From: Mobula hypostoma
Taxonomy: Eukaryota
Direction of reading: 5' to 3'
NCBI RefSeq assembly: GCF_963921235.1
Contig: NC_086106.1
Coordinates: forward strand, 19,344,001-19,408,000
DNA length: 64,000 nt
This document shows, piece after piece, positions 11,253 through 22,183 of this stretch; positions within the stretch are counted from its first letter, which is position 1; each line of letters begins with the position of its first letter. Below the pieces are notes generated by a model, which did no database searches, was not told the origin of the DNA, and worked only from the letters and a program-made list of their open reading frames with translations. Both the position numbers and the translations under genes were made by a program.

Positions 11253-11588
11253 TCACTTGCCCGTCACATCCAATAATCTCAGCAAAATGTCAACATGATC
11301 CCTGTCCGGACCGGGAGCAGCTGCTTCCTGGATTTCCATTCCAAACTCCGTCCCTGTCTCTTCCTGGCGTGTGAATTAAAGAGGCATTTTCACAGTGTCC
11401 TTGTCTGTGGACAACGGCTCCCGCTGTCCCGCAGAATCAGAGTCGAATCCTTTTTGGGCTTTCAATTGTCCAGAAATGGACATTTGCGCCCAGCAACCCG
11501 AGTGAGGCTTCAGGGATTTGACTCTGGGAAGCAGCAATGCGGAATCCGTGGAGACAGACTGCGCTGCAGACGTTCCTTTGTCAGGACC

Positions 11589-11652
11589 AGTTTCTGTTCA
11601 GCTCCCCATCACCGTGCTCCAAGTCACGGTGCTTCACCGCAGGCCACAAACC
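11589..11652 (-). other. IGHD: IgH D2 segment copy 2 (core 11617-11624, sense ACTTGGAG), 12/12 RSS
   Basis: CACGGTG heptamers 11610-11616 and 11625-11631; nonamers 12 nt away on both sides. Confidence 0.85.
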
Positions 11653-11987
11653 GCCCTCATCACATCCAATCCGAAATCCAGTGGATCCCAGAGCCGGCCA
11701 GCGGATTTATTAAACCCTCCCTCTGTGTCCGGGTGTCCCACACAGCGGGTCTCAGTCTCGGCCATCCCAGTGCTGAAGTGGAGATGATATAACCCACCGG
11801 GACCTTTCACTGGGCTTCCACTGACAGCTCCTCCTCGGTGGTCCCGTTCCTTTCCAGGCACATCTCCAGTGGAACTTGTACCTACTCCCGGTTTATCCGC
11901 TCGGGATCTGATTTATATCCACGGGTCCCGGGGTGAAGGCCGGTGGAAGCGCCCAGAGAGCCCGATTTAAAGAGTTTTGATGCGGTA

Positions 11988-12068
11988 GGTTTGTGTATGG
12001 AGGGAGCCGCCATCTCTCACACTGTGCCACCCAGTATAGTCACAGTGATACACCGCCGTACGATAACT
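11988..12068 (-). other. IGHD: IgH D1 segment copy 2 (core 12027-12040), 12/23 RSS
   Basis: Perfect heptamers 12020-12026 and 12041-12047; nonamers at 11988-11996 (23 nt) and 12060-12068 (12 nt). Confidence 0.92.
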
Positions 12069-12438
12069 TCCGCCCCTCTCACTGTCTCCCAGCACAGTCA
12101 CTCCTCAGTCAAACCACACCAGAACACCAAAGTGTCTCTGATCATTAATGCTCCTCATAGCCCGACCATTTACTGTCTCGTGTAGACGAAGGACCGACTC
12201 CCGACCAGGTCGATCGTTGACCCCATTCCCACTCACGGCTCTTGGCTCCGAGTTGCCCTCTGAAGTGATCCGCTGAGCCCCTCGGTCCATCCGGCCAGCA
12301 TCTACTCTCGGGAATCCCCGCTGACAACCCGCCTTCCATTGCGTGGACGAGCGGATGTGGCCCAGAACGACCGGGATACAGCTGTGGCGATCACTGCTGT
12401 CCTTTCCCTCAGCGCCCGAAGGGCAGGCGCTCTCGCTG

Positions 12439-12477
12439 GGTTTTTGTCCCGGTCCAGTCCCGGTCTCTCTCACTGTG
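12439..12477 (-). promoter_or_regulatory. V 23-RSS copy 2
   Basis: Consensus CACAGTG (12471-12477) and ACAAAAACC (12439-12447), 23-nt spacer. Confidence 0.97.
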
Positions 12478-12775
12478 TCTCTCGCACAGTAGTAGGTGGC
12501 CGTGTCGTCCAGTCTCAGGTTGTTCATTTGCAGATAGACGGTGCTGCTGTCCTTGGAAACCTCGAATCGGCTTTGGACTCCAGGCGCGTAGTACTTGCTA
12601 CCACCACCCGATATAAGCGCCACCCACTCCAGCCCTTTCCCGGAGACCTGTTTCACCCAGTACACGTTATAGCTGCCGAGACTGAACCCACTGACCGCAC
12701 AGGTCAGTCTGTGGGACTGGCCGGGCTTTACCACCGCTGACTCGGGCTGTGTCAGCACGATGTCGGACCGCACGC
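12478..12775 (-). CDS. IGHV: IgH variable exon copy 2 (IgW-type), intact
   Basis: Open [95 protein letters not shown] with canonical C, W, C; acceptor at 12776. Confidence 0.95.
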
Positions 12776-12884
12776 CTGTCAATAAAAAAGAGCAGAAATT
12801 AATAAAATGTTCCACGGCCAGAGGTTCACAAAGCCTCCGAGAAACAGCCGGCCCCGGGAGGGCGACAAGCCGCGGGACACCCAC

Positions 12885-12930
12885 CTGCCAGACAAGACAG
12901 GAGGAGACAGAGATAAGGAACGACCCCCAT
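12885..12930 (-). CDS. IGHV: IgH leader exon copy 2 ([16 protein letters not shown])
   Basis: Same as copy 1 leader; GT donor at 12884. Confidence 0.92.
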
Positions 12931-13018
12931 CGCCCTGAACACTGAGCCAAACTTGGACACTTTTGAGATCGGCGACTGCAGCTCAGGCCGGCTTTGTCCG
13001 GAGCCGCAGTGAGCGCTG

Positions 13019-13026
13019 TTTAAATA
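13019..13026 (-). promoter_or_regulatory. TATA-like box (TATTTAAA) of V promoter copy 2
   Basis: Same position relative to ATG as in copy 1. Confidence 0.65.
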
Positions 13027-13290
13027 GGGACGTGGGCTGTGAGTGAGAGAGGGAGCCGCGGTTTGAACAGGCTCTCACACACTGAAACCAGAGGCGCGGC
13101 TTCCTGTCCCCACCCACAGCAGCGATTTCAATTCCCCAAAAGATGTTTGTCTCTGCAACAGGCGGCAGGTTGGCGGCAGTGACCAGATCCGGATTAAAGA
13201 TCTGTCACACTCTGCTCGATTCATCAATTTCAGCGATGAACAGTTTGTGTAAACTGAAACACACAGAATCCCGGCGAGAGAGAATGAGGG

Positions 13291-13384
13291 ACACCAGTCA
13301 GTGGACAGATATCCCTCTGAGAGACAGGGACTGAGAAACACCCGTCAGTGGACAGATATTCTCCATAGAGGCACAGACTGAGAT
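13291..13384 (+). repeat. Two diverged 47-bp tandem units
   Basis: acaccagtcagtggacagatat... (13291) and acacccgtcagtggacagatat... (13338). Confidence 0.85.
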
Positions 13385-14627
13385 TGTCTTTGCAGGAAAA
13401 TGTATTAAGAACAAGAAGAGTTACTACACAATCTTCTGACTGCACCCACACCACGAGAATCAATGTTAAACAGAGATTCCTGGTGGAAGTGGGTGGAATT
13501 TACACTTAGAAGACATTTTCTTTTTCAGGGACCTGGCACCATGAATTTCATGGCCAAGCCCTCAGCAATTCTCCCCCACAAAATCTCTTGGACCTGTTTC
13601 AGCCGATGAGAGGAACAGGATGTTTGATGAGGGAACTCGGGAGCTGAAGCCACACAACAGGAGAAGTTGTTGTTGCTGGTAACAGGATGCTCCCCAGTAG
13701 GTTGGCAGAACGGTCCGTATTGAAATGAAACTGATGGGGGGAGGGCATCCAAGGTGCAGATCTGCAAGGTGGGTAATTCTGTTTTCCCACCCTGGTGATG
13801 GGAGTATTGTGTGTCCCAAATCTTGCATCCTCAGTAAATTATAAACCACATTGACTGAATTGCTAATCAAACCAAAGCTCCCCCCTCTCGAGGTGATTTG
13901 TCATCACTCAGCAGCTTTCATGACTCCATGGAAAACCAGAGCAGTTTCTGCAGACAATGAAGTACCTTTTGAAGTGGAGTCTCTGTTGTCACGGAGAGAA
14001 GGTGGAACCTAAATTACACAGAGCAACCTCTCTGAAACAGCAATGAGGTATAAAGAGATCTGACATTCTGTGATGCTGGTTGAGGGATCAATGTTGGGAC
14101 AGATAGTGGAGAACCTTCCAAACCTTTTATGTCCACCTGATACAACAACCCCACCATGGCACGAACGAAAATAGTGAATATTATTTTTCCTTCAAGATGA
14201 CCACAACCTTGCCGTAGGGTTTGGAGGCTTGAGTGCCTCAGTGACCCAGAGATCCATGTTTGCTTGAGTCAGGGTCTTGTGCTTTAGCTCTAGGTATGTC
14301 CACCCATGCCGAACAGGTCAAAGGGTAGAGACCAGACTAAGAGTGGTCAAGTGTTCCTCCAGGTTCGGAGTTTCAGGTCAGGGTTAATGAACCTGACTCA
14401 TCAAAAAGAAAAATTGTGCATGTTTCAAGATGCTCCCAACCACACCAGCTTCCAGGATTTAGACACTCTAACTCTCTAGAGTACGGATAGCTGGTTGCAG
14501 CCCCTTTAAGGATCAGAATGATCCCGCTAATTGGCAATCATGTTTTGGACACGCAGAATTACTTAAAGAACACCTGAGCTGATATTTGGTGCTCAATCAT
14601 AAGCCCTACTAGTGATATCATCTAGCA

Positions 14628-14721
14628 AACAACAGAAATTCTGCAGATGCTGGAAATTCAAGCAACACACATCAAAGTTGCGGGCCCGCTGCGTTCACCA
14701 GCAACTTTGATGTGTGTTGCT
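14628..14721. mobile_element. Penelope-like terminal mini-insertion forming a 24-bp hairpin, 15-bp TSD
   Basis: TGATATCATCTAGCA at 14613-14627 and 14722-14736; arms 14658-14681 and 14701-14724 are exact reverse complements. Confidence 0.85.
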
Positions 14722-14807
14722 TGATATCATCTAGCATTTGTTTTGTGCTCAGTTCTCGATCCAGTTTGATTCCATGTCTTGATCTCTGCTTCGGATACTC
14801 CAGCATT

Positions 14808-15486
14808 TGGAGGAGGAGAAGATGGCGACGTGATGGCCTCTCCAGTGATGAATATCTGTTATCTGTCAAGTAGGGGACCGTGCACAATTCTGATTTGATG
14901 GAGACGGACGTAACAGTATGGAGGAACATCTGGAAATCTTCTGAAATGCCTGTTTCGCTGCCACTGCTACTGTGTGGTAACCAGAATCTCCAGAGCAGAA
15001 GGCCCTGAAATCCTCGGCTTTGCTTGTTTCAGCTGCTGGGGCTGGGTTGAAGGTGCTTGGCAGAGGATGGCGCTCGGGAGGCTGTATCGGAGGGGCTGGT
15101 ATGGGCTCGAAGTTTTCGGATGGATGGACTCAGTGTCAGCTGTGGTCAGCTGCTTCCAAGGCATCGGCAAGTTGGCGGTGCCTGGAGGTTTATGGCAGGG
15201 AGTTTCTCCCTTTTGCCACCTGCTGTTGGGGCCTTGGGAGTCGATCGACTCGGGGACTTCTGAGACTTTTTTTTTTACCATGCCCATGGTTTGTTCTTCA
15301 TCAAATTATGGTATTGCTTTGCACTGCTGTAACTGTATGTTATAATTATGTGGTTCTGTCAGTGTTAGTCTTTGGTTTGTCCTGTTTTCTGTGATATCAC
15401 TCTGGAGAAAGGTTGTATCATTTCTTAATGCATGTATGCATTTCTAAATGACAATAAAAGAGGACTGAGTGTTCTCATAATCTAAA
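14808..15486 (+). mobile_element. ~680-bp non-coding retroposon-like element, copy 1
   Basis: Colinear with 36025-36708; ends AATAAAAGAGGACTG...CATAATCTAA like a LINE tail. Confidence 0.75.
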
Positions 15487-17539
15487 CCATCCTTGTCAAG
15501 GACTCTCTTCACAATTACGGAAACAGCAATGAAGAATCCTTCTACATCTGAGTGTGATGGTGTTCCCTAATTACCACCCCGGGACGTGCATGGCTGACAG
15601 GAGTGAAAACAGAGAGGAAGCTACAGGCATGGTGAAGGGAGCCATGAACTTTGCCAAGACCAAGACCAAAAATGTTTTTTGGAATGTACAAACCATGTAC
15701 AACACTGGCAAGCTTGCACAAATAACCACAGTGATGTGTCATTACAGCCAAAATACACTGACATCAGTGACAGCAGATGGACAGGGTCTGGCAGATGAAA
15801 GGCAGCAACTGGTGAAGCAGTTTTATATTCAGGAAGGGAGGATGGTCAGTGTCATGATGGTGTAGCTGTCATTTTGAAGAAAGGCATTGAGAAGTGCCCG
15901 CTGGAGTGAAAACCAATCAACAGTTGGCTAGTAAGAGTCAGGCTGAGAGTGAAGGAAGTGGTCATGACTGTGATGCAGTGCTATGTGCCAAATAACAACA
16001 AGAGTGACATTGAAGAAAAGGACATCTTCTACAAGCAGCAGAGGTAGAGTTAACACCACGCCATGACATAATCATCATCATGGGAGATCTAAATGGCAAA
16101 GTGGAAAATACAACTCACACTTCACTAGGGTCATGGATACATAAGGATGTAGAACGATCAATAACAATGGTGAAAGTCTGGTGGAATTCTGTGCCTTGAA
16201 CAATCTTGTCAGAGGAGGAACCCTCTTTCCAGACCATGAACTCCACAAACTGACATGGTGCTCACCCAATGGACGTGACAAGATTAGATTGACCATTTGA
16301 TGATCAATGGTACGTGGAGACAATCCTTGCAGGGTGTAAAGGTGAAGAGAGGAGCAGATACAGGAAGTAATCACCACCTTGTTGTAACCATGATAAAACT
16401 CAAGCTAGGTAGCACTGGGACCAGAGCACATGTACAAAGATGTTTTGATGTTGAGAAGCTCAGTGATATCAGTGTGATCTGCCGTTACCATCAACTTAAG
16501 AACAAATTTCAGGCCTTGGCGAGGATGTGTCAGTGTACAAGATCAACACAATGTGGAAACAGATTGTGTCAGTGTTCAAGGAGATCAGTGAGGCTTGTCT
16601 ACATTACAGAGCTGGAAAGAAAAACAAAGAATGGATACAGCTGGAAACATGGACAACCTTAGAAGAAAGATGGAGAATTAGGGAGAATGTGTTCAATGCA
16701 AAGTCAACACGAATTAAGGTGAAACTTCAATTGGCATTCACTGAAGCTAGCAAGAAAGTGAAGAGCTTCTAAGAATGGATAAGAGTGTCTACATGGAAGA
16801 CCTTGCATGGTGGCCACAGCAGCAACCTGTCGACATGATCAGGAAAATATATACAAGATTTCAAAATTGGTACGCGGAAAGTTCCATGCCAGATCCAGTA
16901 GCCCCATGAGAGGTAATAACGATCTGCTTTTGACAAGAGCACGAATGACGATGGACAGGGTATTTTGGAGATTTACTGAGTAGACACAGAGGACCTTGCC
17001 ATCAATGCAGATCCACCCAGGAAAGAAGAGATTGTTACTGTGATTAAATCATTAGGAAACAGCAAAGCTCCAGAACATGACAATTTGGACCTGAACTGTT
17101 CAAAGCTGAACCAAAAGTTGCAGCAGTCATCTTGCAACCACTGTTCACTATAATCTGGGAATGGGGACAAGTGTCCACGGCCTGGACAAAGGGAGTTAGG
17201 ATCCCCAAGAAAGGAGCACTAAGTGATTGCAACAACTGGTGTGGCATCACAATTTTTTCTCACCAATGTCATTGTCCCATAGATTACAGGTGCTGCAGAT
17301 GTGTGATTGAAGAAGGAGCAAGTTGGCTTCAGGAAGAATAGAGGCTCTGTCAACCAGATTTTCATGCTGTGTAACATCATGGAGCAGTGCACAGAGTGGT
17401 AAGGGCTTTTGATAGCATCCACAGGGAGAACCTCTGCTGAATTCTTAGATCATATGGGATCCCTTCCAAATTTGTCCAGCATATCTTGAGTTTGTATTTC
17501 ACATTTGGAGCAGGTAAAGTTCTAGTCATTGCATTACAG

Positions 17540-17870
17540 GAATGATGTGGATGCTTTGGAGAAGGTGAAGAGTGGATTCAGCTGAGTGTTGTTTGGATTG
17601 GAGGATATTCGCTGTAAGGAGAGGTTGGATAAACTTGGTCTGTTTTTGCTGGAGCGTTGGAGTCTGTGGGATGGACTGACAGAAGTATGTAAATTTATCA
17701 GAAGCATAGATAGTCACAGACTTTTTTTTTAAGAGTAGAAATGTCAAATGCCAGAGGGCGGAGATTTCAGGTGAAAGGGGAAAAGTATAAATGAGATTTA
17801 TGAGGCAAAATTGTGGTTGGTATCTGGAATGTGTTGCCAGAGGAACTGATAGCAACAGATAAGACAAAAA
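17540..17870 (+). mobile_element. CR1 3' fragment (approximate)
   Basis: Degenerate match to RT C-terminal/3' region of other CR1 copies. Confidence 0.7.
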
Positions 17871-18554
17871 GATTGATCAATGAAGAACCAAGTGGTCCCA
17901 GCAAAACCCAAACTGGTCACTGGTGATTAGGTTACTTGGTCACTAACTGCCACTTTCCAATACTGTCGACTATGGTTCCCATCACTTTACTGAAGATTCT
18001 GTAGATGAATTGGGCCATTATTGTCTAATTAGATTTGTCCTGTATTTTAATAATGGACGTACTAGGCAATTTTTCCCATTCTTGTGCAGATGTCAGTGTT
18101 GTATCTGAACTCGAGCAGTTTATTTGGAACCATCAGTATAATGGCATTGGGCCAGTGCACAAATTTCCTGCTTGCAGCATAAATAAGCGCCACTTCAATC
18201 TGAGCCAATCTCTGTTTTCTTCCCATAGAACCCAATACTTCAGTTTGGTTCATGTCTCCATACCTGCATGGACTCCTTCTCCCTTCAGACTTTCAGTCCC
18301 ATTAGTCAATCCTCTTTTCGGAAATACAGGAGTTGTTAATTGGTATTGGTCACTTAATCAAATAAGTATTTTCATGTCTTAAACATCAAGCTTATTCTTT
18401 TTAGTAAGCCTATTTCCTCTGGAGAGCCCCCTGTTCAGATAAAGTCAAGCCACATCTCCTACAGGAAGCTGAGAAGGAAATATCCCCTGTATCACTGCCC
18501 AGTTTCATCCACCTGTCAAGAATAAGAATATGAAATGTGTTTCTGGTAAATCAA

Positions 18555-18665
18555 CAGCTGTACCCAGGTCCTGACGAAGGGTCTCGGCCCAAAACGTCGA
18601 CTGGACCTCTTCCTAGTGATGCTGCCTGGCCTGCTGCATTCACCAGCAACTTCTATGTGTGTTGC
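18555..18665 (+). ncRNA. Penelope-like element terminus with minimal type-I hammerhead motif (18564-18604)
   Basis: ccaggtc-CTGACGA-agggtctcggccc-AAAACGTC-gactgg followed by the gatgctgcctggcctgctg... tail shared with 43107-43333 and 50515-50600. Confidence 0.7.
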
Positions 18666-19609
18666 ACACAGAGATTCTGTTCAAATTTAACCTGTACACT
18701 GAGTGTCAGAAGGAGGTTGTTCAACCCTCCAGTCTATTCCCTCTAAAGCTGACCTGTGTCCGAGCTCCATTTACCCTCCTTGGCTCCACATATTTTAATA
18801 ATTGAACTCAAACAAAATTCTATTGATTTTGAAGTTTCAACTGACACCTCTCACCATCCCCCTAGTCTTGACCACTTCCCAGGGAGAGTTACGGGTTTCT
18901 AGTGCCCAATATATCCTGAAGTAATGGATTCCTTGGGTTATTCTTCTGCACCATTCTTGAATGTTTTTAAACTCCCCAATTTCCCACACTTCGGAGAACA
19001 GGAGACCAGACCAAATATTCTATCCCATTCCCACTAGCACTTCACTGGCCCTGGTCCACACAACCCCTCTCCAAGGAAGACACATCCTTCCTGAGGGGTG
19101 ATGCCAAGAATCACAGCCAGTGCTCCAGATGTGGTCTAATTAGATCTCTACTCTAGAGCAGTGTGATATCCACCCCTCTGTATCCCTGTTTTCCCCATTA
19201 ACTGCAGGACATTGAGACTTCTGGCTTAAATATGTCCTTACAATTTATTAAAACCCAAACCTGCCAGGGGTCTCTCATCCAAAGAGAACGTTCCACATTC
19301 CCTCTCTGTCCACTGGGATTGATTATTCCCTTATGGAATCTGCGTCAGTCAGCTGACACAGCAGAACCAAGACCTCTCTTGAAACACGAGCTCACCAAAC
19401 AACAACCTCTGTGACTGTGGGCAGTTTACCTCCTTATGTTTCTCAGCACACCTGAGTATTTTCATATGTACCTGTCTCAACCTACCATTGGCTTGTATTC
19501 ATTACAGATTGTTTAAAACTTTCTTGGCTTACAGCCATAAGTTGAAACCTCACAGCTGGCTATCCCATTCCAGCTCCCACTGCCTCTGTCCCATTCTGAA
19601 TTGAGATAT

Positions 19610-20430
19610 GGGACATGCTCCACTCTACTCTCTCTACACCCATGACTGTGTGGCTCGGCACAGCTCAAATGCCATCTTCACATTTGTCTGTTGTTGGCAG
19701 AATCTCAGATGGTGACGAGGAGGGGTACAGAAGTGAGATCGATTGGCTGGTTGAGTGGTGTCACACCGATGACCTTCACTCAATGTCAGTCAGAATGATA
19801 AACTGATTGTGGGCTTCGGGAAGGGAACGTGGGGGGACACACACCAGGTATCATTGAGGGATCAGCAGTGGAAAGGGTGAGCAGTTTCAGATTTCTGGCT
19901 GTCAACATCACTAAATATCTATCCTGGGTCCAACTTATTGATGAAATGACAAAGAGAGAACATTAGAGGTTAAACTTCATTGGGAGTTTGAGGTGATTTG
20001 GTGTTTCACCAAATACTCTTAGCAAATTTCTACAGATGTACCATGGAGAGCATTGGATGTGGTTGCATCACCGTCTGGTACAGACAGGCTACTGCACAGG
20101 ATCAGAAAAAGCTGCAGAGTTGCAAACTCAGCCAGCACCATCACGGGCACCATCTTCCCCAGCACTGAGGACATCTTCAAAAGGCAATGCCTCAAAAAGC
20201 CGGCATCCATCATTAAAGACCCACATCATACCGGACATGTTCTCTTCTTATTACTACCATCAGAGAGGAGGTACAGGAGCCTGGAGACACACACTCAACT
20301 TTTTAGGAACAGCTTCTTCCCCTCTGCCATCAGGTTTCCCAACAGGCAATGAACCAACTTATGAACACTGCCTCCTATTTTTGCTCTTCATTTGCATGAG
20401 TTATATATATATGTATCTTATCGTAATTTA
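19610..20430 (+). mobile_element. Rex1/L2-like LINE 3' fragment (approximate)
   Basis: VVGRISDGDEEGYRSEIDWLVEWC and RYRSLETHT..FRNSFFPSAIR motifs. Confidence 0.75.
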
Positions 20431-21389
20431 TGGCTTTTCACAACAGATGTCAGAGATATTCAACCTGCTTCTGATACTGATGGGAGTGAAGGCAGAAACC
20501 AGTTGAGTCTGACAATCTGATATACCTGACCATTCAGAAACAACAGTTCCTGAGAAATGGTTTGGGATTGGGTGATGGACAGAAAAGTGAAGGGAAAATA
20601 AAGAGAGGAACATACAGAGAGAGTGAAGGAGGAAGAGGATAAAAGACATGCAGTAGTAAAAGAATGAAATGGGGAGGAAGTGATGAGAGGGTGACAGAAA
20701 GGGGAAAGAGGAAATGGGAGAGAAATGTTGTGGATATGCAGAGAGTGTGGGGAGAACAGGAGAGTGAAAGTCCCAGGAAGAGATAAAGATTGGGAGAGGA
20801 ACATGGTGAAGGACAGGAAACTCAACAGATTTTGTTTCTCTCCCGTGACTCTGGTACAACACAGAGTTAAATGAAATGTACTGCACAGGAGCAGATTCTG
20901 ACCAATTATTTCATGTCATTGTTTATTTTCCACACAAACCTCCAGTCACTCCATCTTTGTGCAACTGGGTTAACTTCTCCTTTTGTTCCCTTTCCCCACA
21001 TTCACTTCTGTGGGAGAGATCCATATTCTCCCAGCTCTCTGGATAAATAATCCAAATTGGATGATTAGTGATTATTTACAACAGTTTTACTCGCCTGAAG
21101 ACTGAACCACCTTTCTCCTCCACCCTATCAGGTATTTTTATCATCCATGACGTGGAAATATGCTTTACCCTTCAACCTGCTCATGACCCTCCTTATCCAG
21201 GGTGTATTTGAGCAGATAAAAGATTCACATATTTCGAATGAGGTACAAAATGTCCCAGTTTTCACAGGAAAGAGCCCAAATGTCAAATCCAGCACATTCC
21301 AGCATCAAGGAGACGGTGTCCCTGCTGGGAGAATCTCATGCGACTGGGTAAGAGGAGAGTAGGTTACTTTTTGTCCAAGTTAAAGCATA

Positions 21390-21950
21390 GGTTTCATGCC
21401 TGTATTAACCTGGGTGAAACTTCATGAACCCTCAGTTCTGGTTGCTTCATTGTAAGGATGTGGAGGCTTTGGAGAAGGTGTAAAAGATGTTCACGAGCAT
21501 GTTGCCTGGATTAGAGAATATTAGCTGTAAGGAGAGGTTGAACAATCTTTGGCTGTTTACTCTGGAGCGTAGGCTGAGAGGCAACCTGATAGAGACTTAT
21601 AAAAGTATGAGAGTTATTGACAGAGTCGACAGTCAGAGTCATCTTCCCAGGGTAAAGTGTCATATCCAAAAGGACAAAGATTTAAGTTGAGGGGTGTAAC
21701 ATTCAAAGGAGATTTGTGGGTTGTATTTTTACACAGAGAGTGACAGCTGCCTGGAATGCACTGGCAGGAGTGGTGGTGAATCAGCATGATGGTACAGTTG
21801 AGATACATTTGAAAAAGCACATGACCATTCAGGATATGGAGGGATATGGATTCTGTGCAGATAGTTCAGTTTAGATTAATTTGGTGTTGTGGTTGTCACA
21901 GTCACCATGGGCTGAAGGGCCTGTTCCTGTGCTATACTGTTCTGTGTTGT
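21390..21950 (+). mobile_element. CR1 3' fragment (approximate)
   Basis: FTSMLPGLENISCKERL...LRGNLIETYK. Confidence 0.75.
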
Positions 21951-22183
21951 AGGTTTACTTGAAGCTCAGTAACTATTTGCTATTAATAGCTGACAGATGT
22001 CTGAAACTCTGTGATAACATTAACACTCAGTCCTTACACTTCCTCTCAGGTTTCACAGGCAGGTTTAATTTGAGCAGGGGGCCCTCCCAGTGGAGCTGTG
22101 TTACTAAAAAGAACAAACACACTGCTTTACATATGGAAATACAATTCTAATGTTATGCTTTGTACCAACCAACAGGTTCGCGT

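Larger units (their letters stand above)
9103..13123. repeat. Segmental duplication copy 2 (paralog of 1-4005)
   Basis: Colinear near-identity with 1-4005. Confidence 0.97.
14200..17520 (+). mobile_element. Degenerate RTE-clade LINE, interrupted at ~14410-15510 (approximate bounds)
   Basis: APE-like WNVQTMYNTGKLAQ, DLNGKV, DHL..NGTW, DTGSNHHLV motifs and RT fragments with many stops/frameshifts; inclusion of 14200-14410 as 5' region is from recalled family sequence. Confidence 0.75.

Noticed and set aside
12478-12775. IgNAR, TCR or light-chain identity for the V segments
   Set aside because: Full FR2/CDR2 present, J has WGxG not FGxG, two D segments; fits conventional IgH. IgW versus IgM remains inference without C exons
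20428-20886. Ser/Phe/Leu-rich ORFs over a purine-rich tract
   Set aside because: Low-complexity GA-rich sequence gives stop-poor antisense frames; no coding signal
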